A stretch of DNA of 63,481 nucleotides, counting the filler, from Octopus bimaculoides (lineage: Eukaryota), in assembly GCF_001194135.2 (NCBI RefSeq). It is 8 parts of 7 records of this genome, joined end to end, with 100 filler letters (N's around TTAATTAATTAA, not from the genome) between each part and the next. Parts side by side here need not be neighbours in the genome. Positions count along the whole stretch, not along the records: positions 1 to 26,952 come from NC_068995.1; 7 more parts are not named here. The stretch is one strand, 5' to 3'. Position 1 is the stretch's first letter. Every line of letters begins with the position of its first letter. Below are positions 1 to 13,141 of the stretch, piece after piece. The notes below the pieces were generated by a model. That model ran no database searches and was not told the DNA's origin. It worked only from the letters and a program-made list of their open reading frames with translations. The translations under genes were made by a program, and so were the position numbers.

Positions 1-36
<36 letters not shown>

Positions 37-2784
37 TTTTTAACTTGATGCGAAGCCAAATGTATACTGTCACCCAAATATGCAGTAATCCAGATCTCAC
101 TATGGCTTGCACTGCATTGGAATATTCGCATTTAGCTCAAAATGAATACAAAAGTTAAGCATAATTGACAGGAAGTTATACAAAAAAATTGATTTTACAC
201 GCACAGTGTTATGGCCATTTTGTGAGAATAAAGATGCACACTAATGAAAATGATGACGCTAGGTTGTGTAGTCGTTGATAAGAAATAGAAACTTAGTATT
301 GTAATTGACGTGTCCATTGATACCAGAGTGAAAAGAAAGAAAAGAGGATAAATAAAGTATTATACTCTCTTCTAAATGACTGAAATATAACATTTTGTAA
401 AGTCTATCCGAAATTTATATGAGTATTCTGTAATTTTTTTCTGCTGCTTATAACATGATTTCATTTCTTTCTCCATCAGGATATGTCTAATATACATTGT
501 ATAAGACTCTTATTAAAACTTTGTCTTGTGAAAGGCTGCTATTTTAATTTCGTTAAGGACAGGGTTCTTATTTCATCCACTGAACATTGGTTCTCCTTAA
601 AATGTGGGTTCTTCCTCAGAGGAGAAAGTCCTCCGAGTCGCATTTTTATAGCTTATTTTTTTATCAGTTAAGTCTTTTATGCTTTTTTCTAAAGCTTCAG
701 TGTCTCTATCAGTCTTCTGACTGAGCTCCATCCTTATAAGTGGGTGGGTATTGCTATGACAGGTACTCCTTGATCATTCACTGTTAGTTGTTTTGCTGCT
801 CACCGGCTTGTCTCCACCGGCTTGTGGCTAAGAGAGGAGGATTTTAGGATTCCAGGCTCGCTTCTGATAATGAGAACAGGGCCATTTCATTTGCCGACTC
901 ATGGGTTGTGTCCTAGGACCGACGAGCTACAGGATGATTTTTTGGAGTTGCTTTTGTTTTGTAAAGCTTTCTGTTAAGACAACTTTTAGAGGGGTTTTGT
1001 ACCACTACTCTAAAAGCAGGGACACAATTCTTATAAAGTCATCAAAGTTTGATTCGTCAGGACGGAAATACGATACAGTCGCGTTAAATTAGTCTACATT
1101 TTTTCTTTATTTCTTCGCCTGTTAAATACTCTGTTGACATTGTTATTGGACCAATTTTATTTCTAACAAATTGGGTGATTGATTCAGGACTTGAGAAAAT
1201 TCCACATTGTTTTCGCCGGATCTCTTTGGTGTCTCTGAACTCAAATCTAACGTGGAACCAAGTAAGCAATTTCTGGAAACTATATTTTTTCTAATAATAA
1301 AATGGAAAATTAATATGTTCCAACTATTTCTTCAGCTATCCAGTCTCTAAGTTAACATGTTATCACCGTGAATAGATCCATAGTATAAAGAGATGTGATG
1401 AATATTGTTCTTGTTCCTTCAACAACACCCACTCCACCCACTAAAGAAATTACTTTTCTGTAAAGCTGATAACTTATGTCGTCAAAATATGCAAACTAGT
1501 CAACTATCTGATAATAATGATGATGTATTGAAGAGCTTCGACACTTTTTCTTTTGTATAGATTAAATGTAACAAATATTGCACAAACGATAATATCTACC
1601 TCCATCACATATTTATGAATTGATTTTTATTTGATATAGTAAATTCCTAACAATAGAGTTGGCTATAAATACATGACGGTTCATCCATTCATTTATTCAC
1701 TGCATTTCAGTATCTAACTCAGAGACAGTAAGAATATTTCAAAAGGCTACTTTCGCAAAGCGTTGAATTTTTAGCTTTCCCGCCACTTAAAGTTTATATG
1801 TTTATAAAATACAATGACTGTATGTCAGTATAGCACGCGAAAAAGAGTGAAAATGTGTGTAGCCTATAACGATCCCAGTAATTCAGTAGAATACAAAATA
1901 ACACTTTGGCAAGAAGATACGTCTGTATTCGAGAAAAACCAAGTGTATTGTGTTTTTTATGCGTGATGCGTGTCTCATAAGAAAACGAGGGACCCTGGAT
2001 GTACTTTAATGGTATGGGCAAAAGGAGAGGGGATCACACAGCGGTGATATTGATGAAAAACTAAAAACCGATTATGATAGTCATGATGAACTTTGTCAAT
2101 ACTACATAGCCGCACTAACTGAATTCCGGAAGAATCAAGAATCAGGTACTGATGGGCAGGGCAAACGTGTGTTGTCAAGGATGATTAAGGGTATTGCGTC
2201 GTTAAAAGAAAGGGTTCTTTGTCCGAGTTGACTTCAAGGTCACAAACGAGAGAGAGGCTATAAACGTCACGAAATTGAGTCAGCGTAATTAGGCCAGGAA
2301 AAAATTTACTCAAGAGGAAACATGCAATAAGGTCAATAACACATAGAGAAATGTGGATGATTAGTTTATCCTTCATTAAATCTCATCACAAGGGGATAAA
2401 CACATAAACACATAAACTTTCCACCTCTTACACCTAGCTCCACTTGTCTGGCCGACGCTTGGATACAGCCTTTGTTGTTATGTCAACAAGTGTACTGCAG
2501 TGGTGGTGGTGATGGGGGTTTTTGCAACCCTTGTCTGAGCTTAACTCTTGGACCTTTTATTTGAAGTCCTCAGGTTGTTCTGTAACAACTTGGCTTAAGA
2601 ATTGTCCCCTAAGAGACAGTGGACCCCAGTTTGAGAAGCTAAGATCTAGAGCTTGTGTTCTTTATTGTTTCAGTCTTCGATTCAATCGTTCTGTAATGTA
2701 GTTATATATAATTACAATATAGTAATTGCTAATAATTATCAAAATATTTTGTGTTTTAAAATTAATTTTAAACAATAGGCCTTG

Positions 2785-3158
2785 GGGTAGCTGTGTGGTA
2801 AGAAGCTTGCTTCCCAGCTACATGGTTCCGGATTTAGTCTCACTTCGTGACATATTGGTTGTTTTCTATTGTAGCCTTGGGCCGACCAAAGCCTTGTGAG
2901 TAGAATTGATAGATAGAAACTGAAAGAAGCCCGTCGTGTGTGTGTGTATCTAACTGAATTTGTTCCCCACTGCCGCTTGTCAACCGATGTTGGTGTTTTT
3001 ATGTCCCAGTAATCTAGCCGTTCAGCAATAGACCTTAATGGAATAAGTATAAGGCTGTAAACAAAGCACCAAGGTCGATTCATTCGACTAAATATTTTCA
3101 TGATGGTTACCCAGTATGGCCGCAGTCTAATGACTGAAACCAGTAAAAGAAAAAGAAT
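2785..3158 (+). mobile_element. SINE family A (tRNA-like head, central microsatellite)
   Basis: Head gtggtaagaagcttgcttccc, body ggccgaccaaagccttgtgag, tail gactgaaaccagtaaaaga. Confidence 0.85.
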
Positions 3159-3876
3159 ATTGATATTAAATATTGCATTTATGAGGAAAATACTTGAAAA
3201 TATTCACGTGAATTCTATTGATTGCCTAGAACATGTAAGGTAATTAATAGTGTTGTTGCACATGGTACAACGGAATCATCAATCTGGCAACCCTGGAAAT
3301 TCTAATGATACTNNNNNNNNNNNNNNNNNNNNNNNNNNNNNNNNNNNNNNNNNNNNNNNNNNNNNNNNNNNNNNNNNNNNNNNNNNNNNNNNNNNNNNNN
3401 NNNNNNNNNNNNNNNNNNNNNNNNNNNNNNNNNNNNNNNNNNNNNNNNNNNNNNNNNNNNNNNNNNNNNNNNNNNNNNNNNNNNNNNNNNNNNNNNNNNN
3501 NNNNNNNNNNNNNNNNNNNNNNNNNNNNNNNNNNNNNNNNNNNNNNNNNNNNNNNNNNNNNNNNNNNNNNNNNNNNNNNNNNNNNNNNNNNNNNNNNNNN
3601 NNNNNNNNNNNNNNNNNNNNNNNNNNNNNNNNNNNNNNNNNNNNNNNNNNNNNNNNNNNNNNNNNNNNNNNNNNNNNNNNNNNNNNNNNNNNNNNNNNNN
3701 NNNNNNNNNNNNNNNNNNNNNNNNNNNNNNNNNNNNNNNNNNNNNNNNNNNNNNNNNNNNNNNNNNNNNNNNNNNNNNNNNNNNNNNNNNNNNNNNNNNN
3801 NNNNNNNNNNNNNNNNNNNNNNNNNNNNNNNNNNNNNNNNNNNNNNNNNNNNNNNNNNNNNNNNNNNNNNNNNNNN

Positions 3877-5800
3877 TTAATTGTCGCTCCCGTTACAGCT
3901 TCGTATTCTTTTAGTGTCTCGCGACCAGGTCGATATGCCTGTGGCTCGACACTATCACGTGACGTCGTCCGCGTATGCAGACACACTCCTCCCGCATCCC
4001 AGTTCTCGCGGGATGCCCCTCAGCGTGGTCAGCTTCCGCAGTAGTGGCTCTAAAGTCAATATGTACAGAAGCGACGAGTGGGGGCAACTTTAACGGACCG
4101 AACGCGTGATGTTAAATGGTCTGGACAGATGACCATTTACGCAAACTACCGAGCGGATGCAGCTGTATAAGACAGCGATCCAACCGCGAAAGACAGGACC
4201 GAAACTAGCCGCTCTAAGGACAGCCTTCAAGTAACGATGGTCTACACTTTCGAAAGCTTTCGATTGAACCCCACCCATGCCAGGTTCCTTAACTACCTTG
4301 TCTATGATGTAGCGCATCAGATGGAGGTTGTCATGGATACTCCTGCCCGGCACGGCGCATGTTTACGACTTCTCGACCAGTTTCTCAATGACAAGCGCTA
4401 AACACTCAGCTAGAACCTTGGCTAAAATCTTCAAATCTGCATTGATCAGAGTGATAGGCCTGAAGTTATCTATGACGTTCCCCTTGTTTGGACCTTTAGC
4501 AGCCTCACAACTCCTCGGCTCACAAAACTGGGAATACTCCCGTTTTGCTGTCAGTTGCAGCAGACTGCTGCCAAGAGGGTGATCGTGTTGTCCCTCTACT
4601 TAGTGGCGCTGGTGGTGGTGTTGTTTGGTTGGGCTTTTTGGTTGGTGGAGCCCTTTCATTTGCTTTATCAGTCGTGCTGCTGGCGGTGTGGGTAGCAGTA
4701 CTGATTTGCCTTTCGGTTTTTGGTTTTGTTGTTGATCCTTTTGTTGTTGTTGTTGTTGTTGTTGTTGATGATCTTTTGCTAGAGGGCAGTCTATTTTTGA
4801 GATGGTATCTGCTACCACAAATGTAGCAACGGCCACATGTAGGGTTGTACCATCTGGAAATTGAATCAAATCTGAGAGATTTTCCGTTGTTTCTAGATTT
4901 GCTTGAATTAATAAATCAACCCTTGTCCAATCCAATCTCAGGACGGTAAGTAGGAATCATTATAAATTCCCCGCACTCCAGGCTATTTGTCCAGTGTTCC
5001 TTTGCGCATTCTTCCGTATCAAATCCTTCCTCGATCGTGGCAAATATTTTGCCTCTTGCAATATATGTTTTAAAAGCCCATATGGCCTGTAGACATTTCT
5101 CAACTGTTTCTTGAGTGGCCTGTTCTAATCTTTTATTTTTTGTGTTCGGGGTGGGGGGAATGTCTTGCAAAATGCTTTCTGTGGTGGTCAGTTTAATGGT
5201 TCTGTCTTCTTTATATAACAATTGTTTACAATCTTGTAGTTCTTCCTTTGAGAAGGACATTAAATATATCTTTTGCTTTAAAACAGAAGCAAAATTATTT
5301 AGTCTGTGATATTGTTGTTGGTGGTAGCAGTCTTCGTGGCAGAGGTGATAGTGGTGGTGACAGGAGAAATGATAGACGTGGTTGTACTGCTCATTGTTTT
5401 ATGAGTGTTTTCATTGTTTCTGCCTTCCCTTACAACTTTTCGGGAGTAAAGCTTGCGTCAGTATGCGTATTGTTGTACAAATGTGTGTGTGTAAGTACAT
5501 CAATGTTTTCTTTTTTGTTCGACGTGTTCGGTGTAGGTAATGGAGGGAATTTCATTTCTAGGTGGACCTCAGAGACGCTGACACTGTTAGCTGAACTGTC
5601 TGTATCGGTTCTCCAGACAGAGGAAAATATTTATGAGATAAGATTTTGCAATATGAAAATTGGCCCTTAGAGAGCACATTTTCGAGCGAGCGAGCTTTAG
5701 GTCAAGCAGATGTTATTAGAAACCTTTCTGACAAAAATATATACAGGTATATATAAGCATACACGACGAAATATATGAACTTACGCGAGACGACGCGAAC
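3877..5800 (-). mobile_element. Tx1/L1-clade LINE remnant (RT fragment plus ORF1-like region)
   Basis: FRPITLINADLKILAKVL, PGRSIHDNL, KAFESVDH and SAYADDV motifs at 3877-4545, frameshifted; decayed ORF1-like frames at 4600-5670. The 5' boundary is approximate. Confidence 0.8.
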
Positions 5801-5811
5801 AACAGCCAATC

Positions 5812-5852
<41 letters not shown>

Positions 5853-5854
5853 TA

Positions 5855-5925
5855 GTCGGTCTATGGAGTTACCCAAGGTTTCACGTCCATAAAGCACTTA
5901 GCCTTATAACGTCTCATCAGACTAG
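5855..5925 (-). ncRNA. Hammerhead-like motif
   Basis: Minus strand AGU-CUGAUGA-G-ACGU...ACGU-GAAA-CC(UUG)GG-UA^ACU, adjacent to a Penelope fragment. Confidence 0.6.
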
Positions 5926-6035
5926 ATCTAGGAGGTACCCACCCAGGATCAAGGACCTTGATGCCTTCGAGGCAGACCTGCTGGACTTCATTCCCAGGCT
6001 AAAATTCCGTAAGACCTCTTACTCCTTCCAGCGTA
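5925..6035 (+). mobile_element. Penelope-like element ORF fragment
   Basis: RSRRYPPRIKDLDAFEADLLDFIPRLKFRKTSYSFQ resembles the PP..L..FE.DL..I...KFR segment upstream of Penelope RTs. Confidence 0.65.
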
Positions 6036-6042
6036 AGCATTA

Positions 6043-6107
6043 GGGTCTGATGCTGTAAGGCTAAGCGCTCTATGGATGAGAATCCTTGGGTAACCCCATA
6101 GACCGGC
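6043..6107 (+). ncRNA. Decayed hammerhead-like motif, inverted partner of 5855-5925
   Basis: GGGU-CUGAUG(deletion)...GAAU-CCUUGGG-UA^ACCC; core is damaged. Confidence 0.4.
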
Positions 6108-7199
6108 CATAACTATCTTTATCTAAATACTCTACTGCTCTATAACTTAGTGTACTTCTCTTTCGGAATTATGATTTACTGATGATGATGATGACGATGA
6201 TGATGTGTGTGTGTGTGTTTGTGTCTGTGTGTGCGTGAGTGCGTGCGTGCGTGTGTTTACTTCTAAAGTCAAATTTATTGCAGTTACATAGAGGCTTAAA
6301 ATTTCGTAGACGTCTTCCAGAAAGCAAGCCCGTCGGGTTTAGTTAACCGAATGGAAAGATACAGGAAGTCCAAGATGACTACTGGAACCTGAGCTGCCAT
6401 TGTTGAAGGCAGGTGACATAGTGTTGTTCGAAATAAAATCGACATTCCAGCGACATCAGATATATTTTTTTTTTAAATGTTGAATTTCTTGGAGCACGTG
6501 GCTGACCAGGAAGCTGGTGACGTCTTGTTGTCTGGCCGGTCTTTCAAAGGACTATCGGGCGAAGATGTGTATACCAGATGTATGAGTGCATAGATGTGGA
6601 TGTCTGATGCTAATGCGTGTGTATCTACTATATGTATACGGGTGAGGGTGCGCATGGGGATAAACCGGTGTGTGGCTGAGAGCTGATGACATCCGTTCGT
6701 TGGTCGCACGCGAACATGTCGGTATATGCGTCAGCTGTGTACATCAGCTTTGTGTGTGTTTGTCTGGAAGAATATCATGTGTGCGTGTGTGTTTGCATCT
6801 GGTATATGCGTGTGTGTGTATATATATTCATTCTTTTGGCATTTATGTGCCCGAGCATGGCAGATGTATACGAGTGTGGTTGTATCAGCGTTGCTGGCGG
6901 GTGTGGGGTGGAGAATTTGGCGTTGAATTCAGGTGGAGTGAGGTTGTGAGGAAAGGTTTGGTTATGCTAGTGGGAAAGAAAGAGAAGAAAAACATACATG
7001 CATAGATGTTTATGTGTGTGTGTGCACGCCGACGTATATGAAGACGGCTATAGGAGATTACACGAGATGCATAAGATTGAAAGGTCAGCCTGTGGTCTGT
7101 GTAGGCATTGGTAGTTAGAAACTCTGTCCTTTGTTGTGGGGCAGTCACTGTGGAGGTGCAATCGATGTTAAGGTGAGTTGTTGGCGAATAGTAGTTTGA

Positions 7200-7720
7200 A
7201 GCTCACTAGGAGGGCGTTCCTCTGATGGCAGCCATAAGATTCTGTTAGTATTTTCTGATGACAGACACTGCAGGCTGGTGGAGAATATGCAATCTCTCGC
7301 TGATACAGAGCAGAAATTCCTTGCACAGATGGGGCCCTGTCGATGGTCCATTCGATGGTTTCATTCCTACAGCCCTTGAGAAGCAGGATCCTCCTAAAAG
7401 GCAGCTGGCACGGTTTCGTCGATTACAGATTGAGGTTGGTCGTTGTGTGGGCGCATGTTTGCGTCTGTTGTTGTACGCAATGTTAGAAGCGATTCTGTGT
7501 AGGCAAGAGTAGCTCACCTTGACGTTATGTGGGTTGAAAAGTTTATAGTACTTATGGCCCCTGGGAAAATGATTTTTAATCAGCGACAAGAACTGCCTAA
7601 CTACGTCGGTGGAAACTTCTAGGTTAAATGGAGGTTGAACCAGATGATCTTTCTTTTTGAGGTCCTTTTCGGGTGTTGAGGTACAGGTTGGAAGTCTTCT
7701 ATATATGCTAACCTCTCGGA
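7200..7720 (-). mobile_element. Penelope-like element RT/GIY-YIG linker remnant
   Basis: IIWFN..., LIKNHFPRGHKYYKLFNPHNVKVSYSC and CNRRNRASCLLGGSC motifs. Confidence 0.8.
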
Positions 7721-8313
7721 ATATTAACTCCTCACCAATACATAATTGTGGTGGAGGGATGTCCAGTTGAAGATCTTCCTATCGACAGAAAGCTTAGATA
7801 TTCTGCTAAAGCCTGAAACTAGGTTTCTAACTGCAGTGTGTGGATGATTCGAGCTTCTGTGAATGTACACAGTTTTACAGTATATATAGACAGTTAATTC
7901 AAACATATTCGCACGCGGACATTTACAACATATATACATACTTGAATACATACATAAATACATACATATTCAACTGGCTGAGCGTTTGAATAAGCCGTCA
8001 GGAGATACCTATAGTCTCACCAATACGAATTTTACATGTGTATGCATGTATGCAGAGAGGAAGTTATAGATATGTGAGGAATATGCCAGAGTATTTTTTT
8101 ATGCTTGACAATGTGAAGTAGCGTCGAGTTGCGTCACTTTATGTCAAAGTCATAATCTGGTGGTTCGATAAATAGACACCAATAATTACTACCAGATTAA
8201 AATAAGTACTTATGTTGATATGATGGGCTAAAACCCTCTGAAATCGAATAACTTAAACTAGTAAAAAGAAAAGTATTGACCCTGGTTTTGTAGTCTAAAT
8301 ACATTATGAGTAA

Positions 8314-8529
8314 GACGGTGAGCTAGCAGAATCGTCAGCACGCCAGGCAAGATGCTCAGCGGCATTTCGCCCGCCTTTATGTTCTGAGTTCAAATTCCGC
8401 CGAGGTGAACTTTACCTTTCATCGTTTAGGGGTCGATGAAATAATTGCCAGTGAAACACTGGGATCGATGTAATCGACTACTCCTCCCACCCAAATTCCA
8501 GGCCTTCTGTCTTTGGTAGAAAGGATTAT
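8314..8529 (+). mobile_element. SINE family B
   Basis: Head ggtgagctagcagaatcg, B-box-like gagttcaaattcc and ggggtcgat core; at least 8 related copies in the window. Confidence 0.85.
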
Positions 8530-9399
8530 GAGTAATGTGTCTTTGTCAGTTGTATCATAATCATTCGCAATATCATCGTCTTTTTCGTTCTCGTCATCAT
8601 ATTCGGCACTATGTATAATCACCGTCATTTATCCTCATCATTATACCTCCACGACCTTCACTGTCGACTGTTTGCGCTTAGTTCTTCCGTAAATTAGGAC
8701 ATCTAATGAACAATTACATTTGTTCTGAATATTTTTTTTTGCTTTTGAAGTATAATATGAATGTTACTTTTATTCGTTTCAATAACACAAACACCAATAT
8801 TCCCGAACGCTTCTCATCATAATTATGGTCCTCATTACTATCATTTCCACAATCTCCTTCACAGTCGCACTAACCAACTTCACTCATCTCATTATTACAA
8901 TATTGATTGCTAGGATGGTTGTTTCTTTTAGTGGAGCGAAGTAACTCTCTCCCTCTTTCTCTTTGTTCCCTCTCTCTCTATCTCTCTCTCTTTCTCTTTC
9001 TTTCACTTGGGGGTCAGTGATTTGAGCAGCGAAGTCAGCAAAGTTAGCTATTCTAGTAAATTTCAAAGAGAAATCAAGGATCAAGTTACAAATTAGGCTT
9101 TAAAATATGAGTAGTTACAAATTTGATTGCTAAACCTGTGTAATATTTTTTAAAAAAGGTGAATTGAAATATTTCATATAGACTTATTTCTATTTTTTAT
9201 CGTAATATTTCACAGAATCATCTTATATGTTAGCTATATATATCTTAGATTATCTACTCAAATTTACTCAATTCAGTAATTCCATTAAACTATTCTTCTG
9301 ATACAATTTTTGTTTATGTAAAATTGTATGTTATATTATTAGTTGTAATCGATTTAGAAATATCATATCAACACAGTGTTCATTTCTTATCTTTTTCAG

Positions 9400-9545
9400 T
9401 ATAGACAACCCTGGTTACCTGCCAGTCATGATGTCGGGCATCCACTGTTTCGGGCGGGAAATGACGCTTTTCGAATGCCATATTGAAACATGGAGACTAG
9501 AAACAAATTGTGACAAGATTGCACATGTTTATTGTTATAAGAAAG
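9400..9545 (+). CDS. SRCR gene exon: C-terminal half of an SRCR domain
   Basis: Acceptor ctttttcag| and donor G|gtaaaa; phase 2 to 1. Translates IDNPGYLPVMMSGIHCFGREMTLFECHIETWRLETNCDKIAHVYCYKK, with the SRCR C-G-E..L..C....C....V.C pattern. Not in the ORF track. Confidence 0.88.
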
Positions 9546-10212
9546 GTAAAATTCAATACTGTGTGAGGGTCTATTCCGTATAAAAACAAAATCTACATTA
9601 GATCTCAGCTGCCATCAGATGTTTTACCTATATATTTGTATTTTAGATATAATTGTCATGTCGTCAAACATCTATTGGACTGTAGAATGTTTCAGAACCT
9701 AAGGTTAGTTATACATGTCTGTCATTATAAATTACATTTTTGCCAGCTGAAGAAACGTTTAACAATCTTATTTTCTTATTTACCTGATAAAAAAAGAATT
9801 CCTCGTAAATTATCATAAATGATTATTATCTTATTTGTTTTTAATTTAATGTTTTTTAGGTGGGGTGTTTCTTTGTTTTCCTCTCCCCACTTTATTCCAA
9901 CATCTTTATAATATTTTCCTTCTTGAGAATAGAAGCAAATTAATAATGTTCGTGTTCATTATTTGCATTTATTTGCTACTGTTTTCTGCTAAATATTTAT
10001 GTAAACTTACATAAAGCTATATTATAGAAATATTCTAATTCTAGGAGTCTTCAGTCGCCTTCTTTCTGTTTTCAATATACGTCTCTGATATAGGGCCGTT
10101 TATACAAACTCATTAATCTTCTTTTTTCTATGTAGTCTGTTTGGTTTTTGTCTTTTTTTTCAACTTCCAAATATTGATTTCAAATGTTGATTTCAAATGT
10201 TGGCACATATGG

Positions 10213-10411
10213 TCAACAATTCCAGGGGAGCGGGTCGGTCAATTACATCGATCCCAGTGCTCAATTGGTACTTATTCTATAGACTCCGAAAGGATGAAAA
10301 GCAAAGTCGACGTCGACTTTGCTTTTTATCCTTTCAGAACGTAAAGAGCTACGTGAAATGCCGCTAAGCATTTTACCTGGCATGCTAATGATTCTGCTAG
10401 CTCGGCGCCTT
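10213..10411 (-). mobile_element. SINE family B
   Basis: Reverse complement of family B. Confidence 0.8.
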
Positions 10412-11029
10412 CAAATTCCAAATAGTATATTGAACTATAGTGTATTTAAGTACAGCTAACATCCATAATGTACCTAATTTTTCTCTTTTAACCTATAATC
10501 CTGCTCTCTTCACTTTGTTTTCATTCATAAAATTTCTATACCCTTTGTTAAGATTCGTTATGTATGACCATTTTTCTACTGTCATTTTCGGAACCACCTC
10601 TCGCAGAATGGTTGTGTTTATTAGAATGGATTATTGAAATTGTTTGTAATAATCCTATGCCAGTTGTATCTTTGTTCGTAAAAAACAATGCAAACTTATG
10701 ACTTTTTGTTATATTATTCGGTTAAGCTTTCCTCCGACCATCGTTTTCTTTTTTTCTCCTTTTTTTTTTATTTCTGTAGATATATACATGTTCTGTAACT
10801 TGACATATTATGATTAATATAATTATATCTGATGCTACCTTACTCAACATCTTTAGATATGGAACAACATTAAATGCTTCCTAGATAATTAGTACAATTC
10901 AATCTTGATTTTTTTCTTCTTCTTCTTATACTGCTATTCCAACGTCTACATAAGTTTTACTCATCTGGTTTTATATTATTCTCATCCAAATGTGCCTTTA
11001 ATCTGCCGCGACTGATTTATATGTCGTTG

Positions 11030-11074
11030 ATATACTGAGAGTGTCTTATGGAACATAAGACACTCTCAGTATAT
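11030..11074. repeat. Perfect 21-bp inverted repeat with GAA loop
   Basis: ATATACTGAGAGTGTCTTATG-GAA-CATAAGACACTCTCAGTATAT. Confidence 0.95.
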
Positions 11075-11104
11075 ATTGTCAGGTATTAGATTTTTCCTTC
11101 CCTT

Positions 11105-12370
11105 TGAGGTGCTATTGGATCTCTTCAATTTCGATCACAGATGCTTTAATTATTTTTTAACTAAACAGTTTGAAACTTCGTATACTGGTATAATGTCTTA
11201 CGCTGAACACGGTTTACTTTTAACATTTTTGACAACATTTCGTATTTTAGAAGTTATTTCGTGTTAAAGATGTCGAATTTTGGCAATTTTAACCAATCAA
11301 CGACGTGTATTCAGCTGAAGAAAGTTACTACTGTTTGCGAAAGTAGTCGAAGAGCAACAACTTCCGAGTCATCTCTATTGAATATCACCACTGTGTTGTA
11401 TTTCATTTTTGTTTACTACCTGTGTTGCATATTACACGTTTTTTTTTTTTTTNNNNNNNNNNNNNNNNNNNNNNNNNNNNNNNNNNNNNNNNNNNNNNNN
11501 NNNNNNNNNNNNNNNNNNNNNNNNNNNNNNNNNNNNNNNNNNNNNNNNNNNNNNNNNNNNNNNNNNNNNNNNNNNNNNNNNNNNNNNNNNNNNNNNNNNN
11601 NNNNNNNNNNNNNNNNNNNNNNNNNNNNNNNNNNNNNNNNNNNNNNNNNNNNNNNNNNNNNNNNNNNNNNNNNNNNNNNNNNNNNNNNNNNNNNNNNNNN
11701 NNNNNNNNNNNNNNNNNNNNNNNNNNNNNNNNNNNNNNNNNNNNNNNNNNNNNNNNNNNNNNNNNNNNNNNNNNNNNNNNNNNNNNNNNNNNNNNNNNNN
11801 NNNNNNNNNNNCCGTGCATTCCTTACACTTTCCCTCTCTACTGGTAGACAGCTACTTCTACACTATCGACTATAAACCAGCGAGCGAACTTGCCACTGCC
11901 ACTACAATTACTGCTGTATCTCTAACTACATGTCGGGCAAACGAATAAATGTGTAAATAATATTTCTTCCTTCTTGGTGTTGATTCTTCGATGCTTACCG
12001 GTTACTCCGACGCGAGAACCCCACCCCAAAAAGAAAGCGTGTAATATGCAACGCAGACTGTAAACAAGAATAAAATAGAACAGAGTGGTGACTTTTAGTA
12101 GAGATGACCCGGAAGTCGTTCTTCTTCGACTGTTATCGCAAACAGCAGTACCTTTCATCAACTGAATACACGTCGATGATTGGTTAAAATTACTCAAATA
12201 CAACTTTTAACACGAAATAGCTTCCAAAATACGAAATTTTGTCAAAAATGTTGAAAGTAAACCGTATTCAGTGTAATTACACAAGTATACGAAGTTTGAA
12301 ACTGTTTAGTTAAAAAAAAGAACATAATTAAAAAATCTGTGAGCAAAACTGAACAGATCCGTACTATCTC
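11105..12370. mobile_element. Foldback-like element with ~340-bp diverged inverted arms
   Basis: 11105-11452 is the reverse complement of about 12028-12370 at roughly 80% identity by eye; the centre is partly a gap. Confidence 0.7.
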
Positions 12371-12677
12371 TGATTGTCAAGCGGCGGTACTGAAAAGCTT
12401 TAAAAAAAGTCATAGAGCGACGAAACGATTCTGCATACACTCGTTTAGTATCAGGGCATTACTGGCTTGTTAGGTTATGTCAAACAGCTGCAGTTGACTG
12501 CAAAGGGAAGGTGAGGGCGAAAAGAGAGATACTGCATTCGAAAATATTTATTGAAAATCGGGTGAGAGTGACGAAAATTACAAGGGTGGATGGGACCACT
12601 CTACGTACATTCCAGTAAATGAGAGAAAGATGGCATCACCACTCAAGAAGATTGCATCATCATCATGATCATCATCA

Positions 12678-13141
12678 TTAACTTTCAGAAATCTCTCGCC
12701 TGGCAGTGCTACCGAGGGGCGCTGCCGTTCAGGATAAACTTTACAAGCACGGAAATGTCGTCAGCCGAGCCTGGCCGAGGTGCATGCAGAGCGACGAAAG
12801 CGTTCTGCACACACTCGTCCGGTGCCCGAGCACTGCTGATCTGTGGGTTTATGTCGAACACCTGTTGTCGTGTGTAGGACGGATCCTGCTATCAGCTGAA
12901 TCCATAGTGACGATTGCCCTGCCGCCCTCCTTTGGCCGAAAGGAGCAGGCAATTATTATTTGTCTAATGGCTGTAGCAAAAGAGGTAGTGTGGTGGACAC
13001 ATTTGAATGGGCTAAAGACAGACACTTTCCTCTTTGGCCAAGCCGTCATAAAATTTTTCAAGTTTCACTTGAAAAGGAAAGTGGGGGTGGAGGGGAAGTG
13101 TTTCTTTCTAACAATTTGTTGAAAAGTGAGTGAATGTCAGA
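12678..13141 (+). mobile_element. Tx1-clade LINE 3' fragment (C-terminal zinc-knuckle region)
   Basis: SLAWQCYRGALP-QDKLYKHG...PRCMQSDESVLHTLVRCP; a more decayed copy lies at about 12410-12610. Confidence 0.8.

Noticed and set aside
1711-1727. Possible 17-nt micro-exon (tttcag|...|gtaaga)
   Set aside because: Too short to support, with no domain match and no phase link to the SRCR half exon.
660-2400. Fragmentary minus-strand ORFs suggestive of a decayed retroelement
   Set aside because: No diagnostic motif could be read, so it is left unannotated.
6395-6450. Very decayed HHR-like string (ttgttgaaggcag...ttgttcgaaa)
   Set aside because: Needs several core reversions.
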